Assembly (NCBI GenBank): GCA_013265495.1
Contig: MU059938.1
Location: forward strand, 3,385,656-3,449,655
Reading direction: 5' to 3'
Length of the DNA stretch: 64,000 nt
Source: Vicugna vicugna
Taxonomy: Eukaryota
Below are positions 11,535-24,655 of the stretch, piece by piece (the stretch's first letter is position 1; the number at the start of each line of letters is the position of its first letter). The notes below the pieces were generated by a model. It searched no databases, was not told the origin of the DNA, and was given only the letters and a program-made list of their open reading frames with translations. Position numbers and translations under genes: made by a program.

Positions 11535-12170
11535 AAGCCAAAAGAAGAAATATAAATGACCAGTAAATCAGATAGGAAAGCAATTCAACCTTATCAGTAA
11601 AATAAATGCAACTTAAAACTGCATGTCATTTTCAAGCTAATTTGAAAATATTTAAAAGGAAAAAGAAGTACCTAGTTTGTAGAGGCATTTACAGGAAGGG
11701 AAATGTGTTAAATTCTTGATGGGAGGGTAAATTTTTATAAATTTTCAGAAGGGATGTTCAATCTGTTAGTATTTATAATAACAAAAACATCAGAAGCAAC
11801 ATTTGTTTGGATTGTTTGAATAAATGATGACCTAAAGGTACAATAGAATATTAAGTAGCCAGGTATATTTAAATGACACAGCAATAAGTAAATAACTTAG
11901 GGGGGAGCGTAGAGCTCAGTGGTAGAGTGTGTGCCTAGCATGCACAAGATCCTGGGTTCAATCCCCAGTACCTCTGTTAAAAAAATACATAAGTAAGCCT
12001 AATTTCCTCCCCCTCAAAAAAGTAAGTAACTTATACATTACATAAATACAGAAGAAGTTATCTTTGGATAGAGGCTGGTATCAAAGATAAATTTTTCTTT
12101 GTGTACTCTTTTGAATTTCAAAATTCTCGTCAATAAATGTATGTTTACTTATCACCAGAAAAATGAACAC
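11535..12170 (+). mobile_element. Ancient L1ME-like 3' fragment (interrupted by SINE)
   Basis: AT-rich decayed L1 3' motifs ending aataaatgtatgtttacttatcaccagaaaaat. Confidence 0.45.
11900..12019 (+). mobile_element. tRNA-derived SINE, vic-1-like (camelid)
   Basis: ggggggagcgtagagctcagtggtagag...gggttcaatcccc...aagtaagcctaatttcctcccc; 14-bp TSD AAGTAAATAACTTA 11886-11899 / AAGTAAGTAACTTA 12020-12033. Confidence 0.92.
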
Positions 12171-12224
12171 CATTTTAAAATGTGAATCTTTTATATACTA
12201 TAATCTTGATGTTTTGATTTCAGG

Positions 12225-12960
12225 TGAGGTAGCGTGGGGTAGTATGTGAAAAAAATGTTGAGGGAAGTGCATGATTTCATAAGGTCTATTTGGGGAAAAC
12301 GTTTGCTTTTGGTTCAGTTCTGTGTGTGGGAGACATTAATAAGGGCAGTGACACAAAACGTGCAACAAAAAGGAAGAGAGTTTGACTACAGTCTATTTTA
12401 GTCACGGAGTTCACTGTGTGTGGAGGTCTGGGCAGGAGAACCGATCAATAAATGGGGTATCAGAGCCTAGCAGACACCCGAGTAGGCAAGTGGTCAAATT
12501 CTTCAAGGTTTGTAGGGCAGGAAGGCGGGCGTGCACATCCAAACAGAGTACAAGGAACGGGGTGGGTCAGATTGCAGAAAAAGTAGTACCAGCAGCAGAG
12601 TGAAGGAACGGTGATCTTCTGGGAGGCTCTCGAGACTTATGACTGTGATGAAGGATGTGGGTCAGTCTGGGCCAATTGGCTTTAACTCTGAAGACACCTA
12701 AGGGGAAATTCTGCTCCAATCAAGGCAGGGTCAGAAATTCTGGGATAACCTCACTGGGAGAACCAGGTAGAGGAGGAACAGAGGTGAGCAAGGAAGAGCT
12801 GTCCAGTAATGGGCTTTGAATGAGAGAAAAAGGGCCTTGGTCTTATTGAACATGAAGCAGAGAATGTGGGTTGAACCATTCTCAGAGTATAAGAATATTA
12901 GGAGTTCAAGGAGCAGGCAGTTAGAAAAGTTCAGATGAAAGATCATCACCCCAGAACGCA
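12225..12960 (-). mobile_element. Decayed non-LTR retrotransposon RT relic (L4/RTE- or CR1/L2-clade-like)
   Basis: Collinear degenerate RT motifs on the minus strand: DP..ISL.SLP (~12630-12665), AFL..(E)FDH (12490-12526), K.DC..TLF.F (12361-12405), YA(DD)-like TATGAAATCATGCACTT (12265-12281). Confidence 0.5.
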
Positions 12961-13179
12961 CCAAGGTGGCTTAAGGAGATGTTCTGAAGGATTGGCAACA
13001 ATCTCTTTGTGGCTACAGACATGCAGCTCTAGGCCAAGTACATGTAAGTCAGTTTAAATAGACTGTTTTTTGGATGGGCAGAGTGGACGGTAGATTGATT
13101 GAACCTCTCAAATTTACATAGTCAAGGTTGCCTCAGAGCTGGGCACCTGGTCCATCTCATGATCACAAGAAACTCACAT

Positions 13180-13503
13180 GGATTAGGGTGAGTTGGCAAT
13201 GCTGCCCCCAACCTCAGTGACTGGATATAATAAAGGCTAATTCCTCTTTCCACAGGACAGTTTTACGTGAGTAAGGCAGCCTTCCTCCAGGCATAAGCTC
13301 ACGGATCTAGGTACCCTCCACCTTGCCAGGCCACCTTCTTCAACGCACGGTCTCCACTGTTGCCCAGGAAAGGGGAGGGAGAGTGGAGGATCATTCAAGG
13401 AATTATGTGACCAGATCTGAAAGTGGCACACACGTGCCCATGTCCCAGACCCAGCCATTTGGGAAACGCAGCGTTTTTGTGTGCTCAGGAGGAGAGATGG
13501 GGT
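13180..13503 (-). mobile_element. MaLR LTR, MLT1K/L-like
   Basis: caatgctgcccccaacctcagtgactggatataataaaggctaattcctc resembles the antisense MLT1 end. Confidence 0.55.
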
Positions 13504-13680
13504 GGCAATGGTTCTCAACATGTGGTCCCAGGTCAACAGACTTAGAATCAGCTGGAATGCTGTTAGAAAAGCAAATTCACAGGCCACACTGCAGACCCAC
13601 TGAATGAGGAGCTCAGCCATCAGGGCTTCAAGCAGCTCTTCAGCTGATTCTGATGCACATGGAAGACGAGGGCCTCTGTG
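13504..13680. mobile_element. MER5A-like hAT MITE
   Basis: caatggttctcaac...gaatcagctggaatgctgttagaaaagcaaattc...gctgattctgatgcaca. Confidence 0.75.
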
Positions 13681-16600
13681 GGAGGGGATTCTAGCCAGTC
13701 TACTTCACATCTTTTGTTGTTTTTTTTTTTTTGGTAATTTTTAAATGTTACAGATTACAGATAGACAGTGCATCTTCATAAAATTGTATATGCCTCTGGG
13801 CATTTATACACTCACTCTGCTGGGAGTTACAGTTCCCACAATGTGCAAATTGAGACGTATCTTACCAATTGCGAACTTAATACAATATATTAAGATGTTA
13901 ATTAAGAACTGCATGTGATTTTGAGCATTCATTTAGGAAGCCAAATAATTTAATGCACTTTGTAAGTATTTATTTACTTAAAGGTTTAAAGATGTCTAAC
14001 AATGGTTGAACCATTTGCAGGAACTCACACCCAACAAGCCAGAGCAGAAATGCTAATGACCAATCAGACACAGGATCGAACAGACTGACATGGGAATGAA
14101 ACCCTGGGGCAAAAATGACATAAAAACCCTAAAGAGACAGAGCAATTTTGGAAAAGCAAAAAGTAAAATGTGGTAGGGCCATGGGATATGAAGAACTAGC
14201 AAGCTGTAACCAAGGTGGAGGATCCTTAGCATGTGAAATGTGTTACAACTGTGGACACTGCCAAGAGTGAAAACATGAATAAAAATATGAAAAAGCTGTG
14301 ATGGACGTGGTTCTCCTGACCCACTGACTGAAACACTTTCTATATTATTAAAATGCTCACAGGGGTGTGCGTGATTCAAAGCTGAAAACTACAGGCACAA
14401 AAGCAGCTCAGCCACCTTGTGTCCGTAAATGGACCCGAACATGAATCACTGACCAGTATTTCATCTTGGACACCTGCAAGATGCTTCAGAAGGTGGAACA
14501 CTCAATTCATTAAGTGCTGTTTCTTAAAACAAGGAGATTGTTCAGTTGTTTATAATAAACATATGCAGAAACAAACTGCATTCATATTCCATTAAAATTT
14601 TTAAGACCTGCTAGAATTGCCATGATAAGTATATTTTACTTTTTAAACCAGTTTTTGAATTATAAAAGCAATGTAGGCTCATGGACAAAAATGACCCATA
14701 CAGACGGTTATGGAATGAAAAGAAGCCTTCTCCTGTCTCCACGTTTCTGCACTTCCTAGACGTAACCACTGTCAGTTTCTGACGCTATTAATAGAGAATT
14801 TTTCTACAAGCAGAGAGTCCTTGACCTGTATTTTAGGAACATCTCACTTAAAACAGGTACCTTAGCTGTCAGAAAGAAGGCACAGACAATACACGTAGAA
14901 AATGACAGCGGAAACTGAGAAAATTAAAAAAAAAAAAAGCTTAAGTGAAGGCAAGAAGAAAATAAGTAGAAATACCTAAATGCTGGAATATGGTAAAGCT
15001 CTTCACAGTATTTTCTAGTGCCACAGAGGTGAGCGTTTCTGCTGGGGTGGATTAAAAGGGCAAAGGACCAGAGGGAGAAAAATTAAACCCATATATTATT
15101 CATAGAAGTCAGAGGAGGAGAAAATGAACGCCTTCCAGGGAAGGAAAGCAAACCTCCTCGGTTGTTCTTAAATTTCTCAGGTCACATCTTGTAATGTAAG
15201 TGGTGGCATCTTGAATCTGTAGCCACGTTCACCTAGTCCTTCACTCCTTAATTTATTTCTAATGGTATTTATTGAGTATCTACTGTGTGACATTAGTTCT
15301 GATCTCAAAGAGCTTACAACAGAACTGGAGAAAACACGACAAGCACAGAGAAAACATTTGGAGAATAAGAGATGGTCTATGAAAGGAGATAAACTGAATA
15401 TAATTAAGTGACAGCCTGCATGGTGCCATGAGCAATGCTTAATTAAATTCAAGCCATAATCCACATTCTGATTCTAAAAGTCTCCTACAATTTCTCACTT
15501 TCTACTGTAACTATACCTGGCGTTGAGTTCAGTAATTTAGCAGTGACTGTATTTTCATTCTCAAAGAGAACTCAGTTGTTTTTGAAATGTGTGTATGTGT
15601 ATATGGTTGTGTATTTAAAAATACCTACTTGGTTTTGGGGGAGGGAGGGTGGATTTGATTGCATTTAGTGATTGAGTCTTCAAATTCAATGCCTCTGGGA
15701 AACTACGCCACAGGATCATAAAATCCAGAGAGAAGCCTGAGAAATCAGCAAGGTCAGTCCCTTGCCCCTATGTGGGATGAAGCTTCTGACCAATTTGCCT
15801 GGCCAAAATGTCATGGTGACATTCTTAAACGTCTTTTCTTTTTTCCTGTATATATTGAATCAAAGAACAACCAGGCATCTGGTATTGAAGCATTATAAAG
15901 CCGTATGTGATGCTCACTAATTCAAAATGCCTGGAAGGAAACGAATACATATGGCACTAAATTGACAACCGAAGACTCATCCATCATGAAGACTCGGAAT
16001 TCTCACTGCCATGACATAAAAAAGAATTCAGGAGGGAGGTCTGTTTTCATTTGTCTCTCATCCCCCTCAACGCAAGCACCTGACAGAAAGACACGTGTGC
16101 ATTTCCCGTACTTGATCTGGCGCATGCAGTGCATTTTACGCAGGGATTAAAGGGCTCGAGGTCTTTCAGACAAGACTATGTGATGTCAGTTTCACATCAG
16201 ACAATGTACATCGTGGAGTCTTCAAAAGAATAATACTTATGCACTATGCCAAAGCCATAAACATTATTGGAGGTTCTCTTAAAAAAGAATTACATTTAAG
16301 AGACAAAAGAGAAGAGAGCTCTGGAATGGAATCTTGTGGCTCTGCTCCAAACACTGTACGGGTCCCTTTTCCAGGACAAAGAACATGCAGCTCATACTCC
16401 GTCACCTCACATATCTGATGAGAGGAGACACTAATGAGAGAGTTTTCACAAGAGTTCTACGATTAACAAACGTGAACGAAGAAACAGAATACCCCCATAT
16501 TTTCAACGTTGGCAGTACCTTCTTAGGATCTCAAAAAGAAAGTTTCTTTCCCTTCCAACTTTCACCTTTTCTGTTTGGCAGATGTTGATTTTTTTTTCCT

Positions 16601-16969
16601 GCCTGTGTTTCTAATGGAGCTTGAAATTAACATGGCTTTTTGTCTACCTCCTAATTTGTGTGCCGCCATCATCAGTGCTGTCAGCATAGTTCTGGGAATA
16701 GGGTTTGTTTACTGCTTCTGTTGAGCCAGCAAATGGAGAAATGCAGAGAAGAGAGTTCCGCTCATCACGTTGCAGTGTAGAGTCCCCTTCCATTCACAGA
16801 AACAGCCTTCGCTAAGCAGCCAATTGCCTTCCTGGGTGCAAAAGCCAACAACCATCTTCAGGGCTCGTCCTCGATGGCGTTTCTGAGCGGCTTTAGACAT
16901 AGCTGAGTATATCCTGACCCCTGCCACTCCTTGTTAACAGGTGACCCAGAAACAAACTTTCCCCCATTA

Positions 16970-17210
16970 TCTCCCTTCTAAGGATCCCTTGAAGACTTTC
17001 TGGGTTCTCGCCTCTTCTCCTGCTCCTTTGTAAGATGATCTATTTCCAGGTCTTCAGATGCTCCCTACACATACAGAGGTGACATCCAGTTCTACCTGTA
17101 AACCTCTGATTTTGCTTTTGCCTTTTCATTTGCACTTATGCTTATGCTTCATGACCATTTCAAGTTCAGTTTGGGCAAGGGGGGAATAACATTTCTCCTT
17201 CCAAGAAAGT
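16970..17210 (+). mobile_element. L2 fragment
   Basis: C/T-rich decayed L2 ORF2-like sequence (gatgacatccag/atttcaagttcag-type motifs). Confidence 0.4.
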
Positions 17211-17409
17211 GTCATAGCAACCTCACCACAAATCTTTGAAACAGTTTTGGTTTTGGTTTTGAAGTCTTCTTGGTGTTTTGATTCTGCTATTCTGTTCATC
17301 AGTCAGCTTCTACTGCTTCATTACTAACATTCACCTTCCACATAAAGAGTTCTGCAATCAGTAAATGCACTTGGTATATTTTCAAGGTTCAAGCAAGTGA
17401 TAGCATGTG

Positions 17410-17570
17410 TCAGAATTTCATATTATGGCTAAGTAATACTCAGTTATATGTATACACCACATTCTGTTCATGCATTCATCTACTGATGCACATTTGGGTT
17501 GTTTCCACCTTTTGGCTATTGTGAACACTGATGTACAAAGATCTGTTTGAGTCCCTGCTTTCAACAGAAG
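17410..17570 (-). mobile_element. L1M 3' fragment
   Basis: Antisense encodes LFTIAKRWKQPKC-like L1 tail (ORF 17418..17627); cacatttgggttgtttccaccttttggctattgtga. Confidence 0.8.
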
Positions 17571-17654
17571 GACACTCTTTTGCTTTGCAAAATTTTCATC
17601 CAGAAATAATGTCAAGCAAGGTCCCAATTATTAGTAATTAGTAATTATTAATTA

Positions 17655-18143
17655 ATTTATCCTGGTCCACCACCTGGGTTTGGTGCTGCGCCAGTTGCCT
17701 CTTGGCTTTCAGAATCGTACTTACTCTTCTCTGCCTGTTCTGTTTGCATGAAACTACATTTCCCAGATGTCCCTGCTCTTTGGCTTCCAGGTAGTTTTAG
17801 GTAATGTGAGGCACTAGAAGGAGACTGAGGGACAGAAGAGGTGGGTGGCCAGCAATCTTCTTCCTGGATCACTTTGCTTCTGGTGGCATCTTGAGCAGGA
17901 ACTGCATCTCCTGGCTCCGGCTCCCACTGGAATGGCCCACTGGAGTTCTGAGTTCTGCCAGGCATCCCTGACTTGTAAACTCTGCCTCCGCCTTTGTCCC
18001 TCCAGCCCCGGGGAACGTAGAAGCTTCTACTGTGGATGACCTCGGGGTTGCCTCATTTCTGGACTTGTGCCACCAGTGCTCTTCATTAGGTTCCCTCTTC
18101 CAAATATACCTGAAGTGGTTTCCAGGTTCCTAACTGACTGACA
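17655..18143 (+). mobile_element. ERVL LTR, LTR16/LTR33-like
   Basis: aaactacatttcccagatgtcccttg-like motif; end aaatatacctgaagtggtttccaggttcctaactgactgaca. Confidence 0.65.
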
Positions 18144-18194
18144 ACCATTCCACTGGGAAAAGAAGGTCCAAAGTTTCTCAGGATGCTGAACTGA

Positions 18195-18651
18195 AGGCAG
18201 TGACTCCCAGCTGTCCTCACTGTACGACCCATTTAATAGAATACTTAGCTGTGATGCTGTTTCCAAGACAGACATGTGCGGCCAAGTGAATGAGTTCTGG
18301 CCAAAGAGATGTAATCGGAGGTGTGGTGTGGCACATTCTAAGCCTCCTTGAAGAGTTAGCTGTTCTGTACTCTCTGCACCTTTTCCCCCTCTTCTTCCCG
18401 TGGTTGGAGCATGGATGTGGGAACAGGAGTTCCATCCTGGAACACAAGCCTGAGGCCATATTCAGAGGAGAGCAGGACCAAAAGCCATAGGAGCCTGAGT
18501 CCTTGAAACTTCATGGTGTAAAACTGCCATCTCAGCCCTGCTCTGCCTACCTCTGCAGTTTTACATGAGAAGCAAATAAAATTCTTTTCTGTCTGTGCTC
18601 TTGCTATTTCCAGTCTCCTTATTGCAGCCAATCTGAGTTCTAACAAATACA
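18195..18651 (+). mobile_element. MaLR LTR, MLT1H/J-like
   Basis: gagttctggccaaagagatgtaa...ggagcctgagtccttga...aataaaattc...ctaacaaataca. Confidence 0.7.
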
Positions 18652-19179
18652 GGACTCAAATCATGAGCTCAGTGTCTGTCCCAGACTGCCGATTAACTTC
18701 CTTATACCTCTCCTCATTAAATTAAAGCAAGGTCCTTCCTCGTCTGCTCTAATTCTAAGTTTTGGCTTCCTCCTGTTTATACTCAGAGTTGACCTATTCT
18801 CGTCTACAAAGCTTTTAAAAGGCTTTATTCCCTTTAACAGCTTCTGCTTTGCTTATTAAGTTTTCTCTGGATGGTGGTGGTGGGGGCTCAAATTCAACTA
18901 CTCACCAAGCCTTTATCCAACCTAGAAAATGATTAGAATCTGGATGTTAGAGAATTTTTAATTAAAAGCTTGGGAACATTGTTCCTCAGGTATTAATAAA
19001 GCCAACAAAATGGAGACTCAGCATGGCCTAACACCACAAGACAGACGTTAGTGTCCTGGTCTCATATTCCCCTCCTCACAGGACTGATGGGCTGGAACTC
19101 AGTACCTAACGTCTGCCAAGTACAGATAAGTCACACCGATACTCTACCCATGTGGGCGTCAATTAGAAATATGGACTTC

Positions 19180-19355
19180 TAGGGCGGCGGTTCCCAAACT
19201 TTATTGTGCATGAAAATCACTTGTCCGAAATGAAGACTTGTACCCTTCTGCTCATGATTTAGTTGGACTAGGGTGGGGGCCACGCCCCTGCCTGTTGAAA
19301 AGGATCCCAGGTGTCTGTCTCTAAAGCACATGGTCTACGGAGCACACTAGGAGAG
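19180..19355. mobile_element. MER5B-like MITE
   Basis: gcggttcccaaacttt...aatcac...ggtctacggagcacactag. Confidence 0.6.
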
Positions 19356-19769
19356 GGCCCTGCTGGGGAACTCAGGAAGGCTGTAAAAGAGCCACAAGTG
19401 TAGAGAAGTGTCATCACTGGGGGTGGGGCTGGAGCGCATTAAATGCTGCTGACCACAGGGGGTTGGCTGGGTGGTTTCCAGACATCACCTACATTATGCT
19501 TTTGACAACCTGCATGACTCTCATTATTACACTTGTTCTGCAGTGAGCAACCTGAAGTGCAGAGAAATTAAGCAACTTGCCTGGAGTTACAAGGAGGCTT
19601 CAAAGCTGTGTGTGTGTCTGTGTGTGCTTGATAAAGTCTATTTAATCCTCTAGGCTTGTTTGGCATCCTTCCCCATCATGATCCATACTCCTAGACACTG
19701 ACCTGTTTCGCACCGCCTAGCCCCATCCCTGGGTGATGATGGTGATGGTGCTGGTGATGGAGACGTCAG

Positions 19770-20030
19770 TAATGACAACTGCGATGACACTGGCTGAGCA
19801 CTTGTTACATGCAAGGTATTGTGTGCAGGGCTCTACCCAGGCATTCTTACTTAACTTCCACCACTACCCTGTTCAGACACTGTTTAGTATCTGTTAGACA
19901 CTGTTTCACCTCCATTTTCCAGAGGACAAAACATGAGGCTCAGTGGCATGAAGTAACTGAACCCAGTGGAGCCAGCAGAGGGTGGTGCCAAGATATACAA
20001 GCAATACTCACTTCTATCAGGTGTCAGTGT
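19770..20030 (-). mobile_element. MIR
   Basis: ctgagcacttgttacatgcaagg...cattttccagaggacaaaacatgaggctcag. Confidence 0.7.
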
Positions 20031-20169
20031 CATCACACATTCATTCCCCAGCTAAATGTGTATGAATAAAATTTGTAAAAATAAAGATGTTGAAAAGTCT
20101 GCGCCACTTATTCTTCAGACTAGAATTTGAAGAAACGCATTTCATTTCCACAGGGACTATGTCACCAGG

Positions 20170-20700
20170 TGATGGTGTTCTTTCCACTTTCTCCAGCACA
20201 ACTCAGTTCAGAGCCTTCCACTGCACGTGCATTGAGCTGCAAATGCTGCCCAACACACCACTAGCCTTTCCTGGTTTTCCTCTGCATCCTGCTTATCCCA
20301 GCGTCAGATTAATGCTCCTCAAATTCATTCTGCTTATGGTCACCTTTCTGGAAATTATCAGTATAATTCAAGGATTACTGCTAGAATAAACCAACATTCT
20401 AGGTAATGCTAAGACTTCAAGGATAAGATCTTTCCTGATACCCCAATTATTTTTCTAGCCTTGAATGCAACTGCTCCCTGATATAATCAGAAGCCTATAA
20501 AATCAAACTGTATTCATGACTAAGCCATAATCTTTGAATACGTCTTACACTTATGACCTACAGGCCTTTGCTTATGGTATTCTCTTTGCTTAGAACTCTA
20601 TTCTCTCAAAAAATTCCATAAAGGCATATCTTATCATCAACACTTTGCTCCTGGGTCTCTGATGAGATTACTTCCATATTTAATTATCTTGCCTTATTAC
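20170..20700 (+). mobile_element. L2 fragment
   Basis: cagattaatgctcctcaaa and aggcctttgcttatggtattctctttgcttagaac L2 3' motifs. Confidence 0.55.
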
Positions 20701-21223
20701 AATTTATGTTCATGCTTAAGGAAATTAATTCTACTCTTATTGAATCCCGGCTATAGTCCTGATGCTCAGTATAGCCCTGCATCCATGGAACAGAACAGAC
20801 CTGTTCCCTGCACTCATGGAATTTAGTTGCTGGTGGCAGGGACCATTGAAGGTACTTATAAAATAATTACTGAAGGAAAAAAAAGCCTGTGAAAGAAAAC
20901 CTTTGAAAGATGTTTCTCCTACTTTCCTTAAAGAAAAGCGGACCTTCACACCCAAGGTGTTTCTTGTCACTTTTAGGAAAGACAGTGGGAAGAGGCACTC
21001 TTTGCCCTTCCTGTTTTTTCTGCTCAGAATGTTTTTCTTCCAACTAAATGCCTCGTTAGCTTCTTCTCATCCTTCAACCTCAGCCACTTCCTCTTGGGTT
21101 AGGAAAAAATCATGCTCTCCTTTGTGCTTTCTGGTCACTTTGTCTAGGCTGCTTCTGTTCCACGTATGCCTCAGTCCTAACATTCTTGGTTTATCTGCTC
21201 ATCTCTCTATAGTGATGGATACG

Positions 21224-21743
21224 TGATGTTCAATATCTATTCCACTCTGCTTCTAGTATGCTTCACTGTCCTACTGAGGCTGCAAAGCTTTACTCTGTTT
21301 TCCAGACTCCCTTGCAGCTAGATTGTAAGTTTGGCAAATTACTCTTTGGGTGGAAGACATGATCTGGAGGCTGCACGTCCCAGGCTGTGGAGGCACTGGG
21401 GTTTCTGTGCCAGCCATCACTCCAAGGGTGGCCAGAGGCAGCTGCAATAATGGGGCTCCCAAATCCCCAGATGACAGCTAAAACTGATGTGCTCTGACTT
21501 TAATGACTTCCCTGGTTTTCTCCTGAGTCTCCACCTTCCACACTGAGGCAGAGAGTACACCTGTCCTCAGAAGGTCAGATGGGTGGTTTTGTCTGAGAGT
21601 CATTTCTGGAATTCCACCAGAGAACTTGGACTCCTTCTAGCCCTTTCCACTATTTTGTAGGAATCTAATTCCCCACATTAAATACTTCCTACTTAAAATA
21701 GCTAGAGTGGTTTCTACTTCCCTCATTTGAACCCTGATTGATA
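21224..21743 (+). mobile_element. ERVL LTR, LTR16-like, inserted in L2 (L2 at ~21000-21223 and 21744-21855)
   Basis: ttccagactcccttgcagctag; end aaaatagctagagtggtttctacttccctcatttgaaccctgattgata. Confidence 0.7.
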
Positions 21744-21859
21744 TCCCCTACCAGAGAGTGAATTTGTTGAGGGCAAGGTCTGTATCTTTTTATCTTTGGA
21801 CCCTCTGTGTCCAGAATAGTGCCTGTTAACAGAGCAGAAAAATTTCAGTGCATGCTGAT

Positions 21860-22095
21860 GTGAATAAGCACTTTACGAGTTCAACAATGTGCCGAATATT
21901 CTCTAACTATTAACTCATTTAATTCTAACAATAAAGTGGGAACGATTTGCCTCATTTTACAAACAGGTTCAGGGAGGTTTAGCAAATTGTTCAAAGAATC
22001 CGGTGAAGGACCTGGCATCTATTCAACCAGCCAGATTCAAACCCAGCTTTTTAGTCTTCAAAATTCTTGCTCTTTCTACTATTCCATTGCCTCCT
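21860..22095 (-). mobile_element. MIR
   Basis: aactcatttaattct...cattttacaaacagg...gattcaaacccag. Confidence 0.7.
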
Positions 22096-22783
22096 TATAA
22101 GATAAAGGTATTTTGGAAGAAAGGACAAAATATATGATTGTCTTATTGATTTCATTGAAAACATCATAGAACTGAAAAGGTTGACTCTTGAGGGCAAGCA
22201 AGGATTACATCCTTAAAATTGTCTGCTTCCTACTGTATGTAAAATATTGTAGTTAAGTGGTCTCGAGTGTTCCTTGGAATATTAATACACCCTCATGCCT
22301 TTGCAATTACAGTCACAAAGTAGTCAACAGAATGTCTGTGGACAAACTAAGATGTCACTGAAGCTCTTGTGTTAGCAACTGCTTATAGTACAAACTAAAG
22401 AAATTCAAGGCCTGTCAGCGTCTCCCAGTTCCCAGCAGAAGGATAACTGATATGGACCAACACAGAGATTTCTTAAGGCACTGAATGGGAGGGCCCAAAG
22501 TGACATGCTTAAAGTAATAAAAAGTCTTCCGAATTTGGACTATTTCTTAACTTTCATTGCAGTAATTGTTAAGTAAGCAGACTGAGCACATTTGTCTGTT
22601 CTCACTTAAGGTTTCGCCACCAGACTGATGTATGAGAATTTTAATACCATGTAATTGTATATTCTATAAATTAAATCAGCATGGCACTCTGGTTAGGAAT
22701 AGATGCGTTTGCTTCCAACAAAAGAAACACAGGTGAGCCATCTCCAGCAATGGGGATGGTGGTATCACCTGAGATCTTAGGTT

Positions 22784-22974
22784 AAGAAACAAGATTACAC
22801 TGTATAGCACAGGGAAATATACACAAAATGTTATGATAAATCACAGAGAAAAAAATGTGACAATGAGTGTGTATATGTCCATGAATGACTGAAAAATTGT
22901 GAACATGCTGAACACTGGAATTTGACACAACACTGTAAAATGATTATGAATCAATAAAAAAATGTAAAAAAAAA
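22784..22974 (+). mobile_element. Young camelid L1 3' terminal fragment
   Basis: ctgtatagcacagggaaatatac...aaaatgtgacaatgag...ctggaatttgacacaacactgtaaaatgattatgaatcaataaaaaaatgtaaaaaaaaa. Confidence 0.85.
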
Positions 22975-23074
22975 GAACCTTTTACTAAGGGCAGAGAGGT
23001 ATGTTTGTTTTAAAGCAGAGAAAAATTGTTTATGGGTAGAGTGGAGGGTTCTGAGACTTGCTCTGCGATGACGA

Positions 23075-23425
23075 CAGTATAATGCAGTGAAGTAGGGGCA
23101 AACTCTGGAGCTAGACTCCCCGAGTTTAAATCTTGGCCCCCCTGTTAATTAGCTGTGTGACATTAAGCTAGTTATTTAACCACTTAACTTCTTTTTTCTT
23201 TTTGGAAGGGGGAGGTAATTAAGTTTACTTATTTGTTTTTTGGAGGAGGTGCCAGGGATTGAACCCAGGACCTCGTGCATGCTAAGCACGTGCTCTACTG
23301 CTTGAGCTACACCCTCCCCCACAAACATTTAACTTCTTGATACCTCAGCCTCCTTATCTGTAAAATGGGGCTGATAAATAGTAACCCACCTCCCAGGTGG
23401 TTGTGGGGCTTACCTGAGAACACTT
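23075..23425 (+). mobile_element. MIR (interrupted by SINE)
   Basis: ctctggagctagac...gctgtgtgac...[SINE]...cctcagcctccttatctgtaaaatgggg. Confidence 0.8.
23194..23320 (-). mobile_element. tRNA-derived SINE, vic-1-like, nested in MIR
   Basis: Reverse complement gggggagggtgtagctcaagcagtagagcacgtgcttagcatgcacgaggtcctgggttcaatccc; TSD TTAACTTCTT 23184-23193 / 23329-23338. Confidence 0.92.
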
Positions 23426-23429
23426 TAGC

Positions 23430-23790
23430 CAGTATTATCTTGGCCACTTTCCACCCACTCAACATCCCTAGGCACAAGGGTCACCTTCCTTGCTCAGAAC
23501 CACTGTGTGTCTGTCTGGAAGACTCTCCCCACTGTTCTCAGCCTGATCGACTCCTTCTCATCCTTTGGGACCCAGCTTAAGTATTACCTCCTTAGAAGTG
23601 CTTTCCCAGAAGCCATCTCTGAAATAGGTCTCCCACTGTTATTCTCTGTCCCTCAGCATCCTCTGTCCCCATCTGTGATCGGCTGGTCAGTTGCTGTCTG
23701 TGATGAGCTCCATAATGGCTGGGGTTGTGTCTCTCGTGATTTTTCTCTGTACCCCTGTGCTGACCACAAAACAAGCTTCCCATAAACAGT
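23430..23790 (+). mobile_element. L2 3' region
   Basis: ctccttctcatcctttgggacccagcttaagtattacctcctt...gtgatgagctcc. Confidence 0.6.
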
Positions 23791-24311
23791 CATTAAGTGA
23801 GCCACCAGACAGGGAGCAACTGAAGATACAAGGGAGATCGCCGGCTATATTCATGCCTGTGGACAGGCCTTCAATTTTCCGGGTGAGTATGAACTTTATT
23901 AGTCTGTTCTCAGTCTTGTCCTGGAGCTGGTGGAAAGCCAAACATACTGCTCACATTAAAATGTGTATAAAGCAGCATTCAGCTTTTCTTCAAGCACTAG
24001 GAGGATCACCTCTCTGATCTAGGCTGAACCAAGTAGAGCAAGACAAGAACATCACATTGTGGGCTGGGCGCTGACAGTGCACGTTTGTGCAGCCAGTGCA
24101 CAGGACAGCCATGGGTGATGCTTCCACCAAGCCAGCCTTTCGCTGTCACTTCATTTCTAAGCTATGAGACGCGATGAAAGAGACACTGGTCTAGCATTCA
24201 GGAGCCAGACTTCTAGTTCTGAGACTTCATGTTTAACTGGGTGATCTTAAGCACTTGAACCTCTTTTGAGCCTTAGTTTTTTCATCTAACAAATGGTAAT
24301 TCAAAAATATC

Positions 24312-24655
24312 TGCCGCGGCAGAGACTGCTAGCTATGCCCCCGAATCCATTCTTCCCTTCACCCTTGGTATGAAGCTGGACCACACTTCCACACTCTCCT
24401 TGAGGCTGGTGTGGTTATGTGATTAAGCTCTTGCCTACAGCTCTTCCCAGTTGGAATGGCAAGGACCGGAGCTGTATCACACATGGTACATTAAAGATGG
24501 TGGAGCTGCTGCCAGCCTCGGGCCCTGAATGACCATGTGAAACAGTCACCCCCTGACCTGCAACCTTCAGCGAGACTGCCAAATAAGAGAGAACTAAGCC
24601 ACTAACTTCTTGGGATATATTTGTTATAGCAGCTACTATTTTTCTGACTAATACA
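24312..24655 (+). mobile_element. MaLR LTR, MLT1G/H-like
   Basis: gcggcagagactgctagct...tccattcttcccttc...taagccac...tgttatagcagc...ctgactaataca. Confidence 0.75.

Noticed and set aside
11900-11975. tRNA genes (also 4065-4132 and 23245-23320)
   Set aside because: A/B boxes are followed by a shared SINE body and tail, two with TSDs; these are SINE heads, not tRNA genes.
12380-12620. ERV env-like reading (YYFFCN, NRL, CCTF)
   Set aside because: Spacing does not fit env SU/TM; ordered RT motifs explain the region better.
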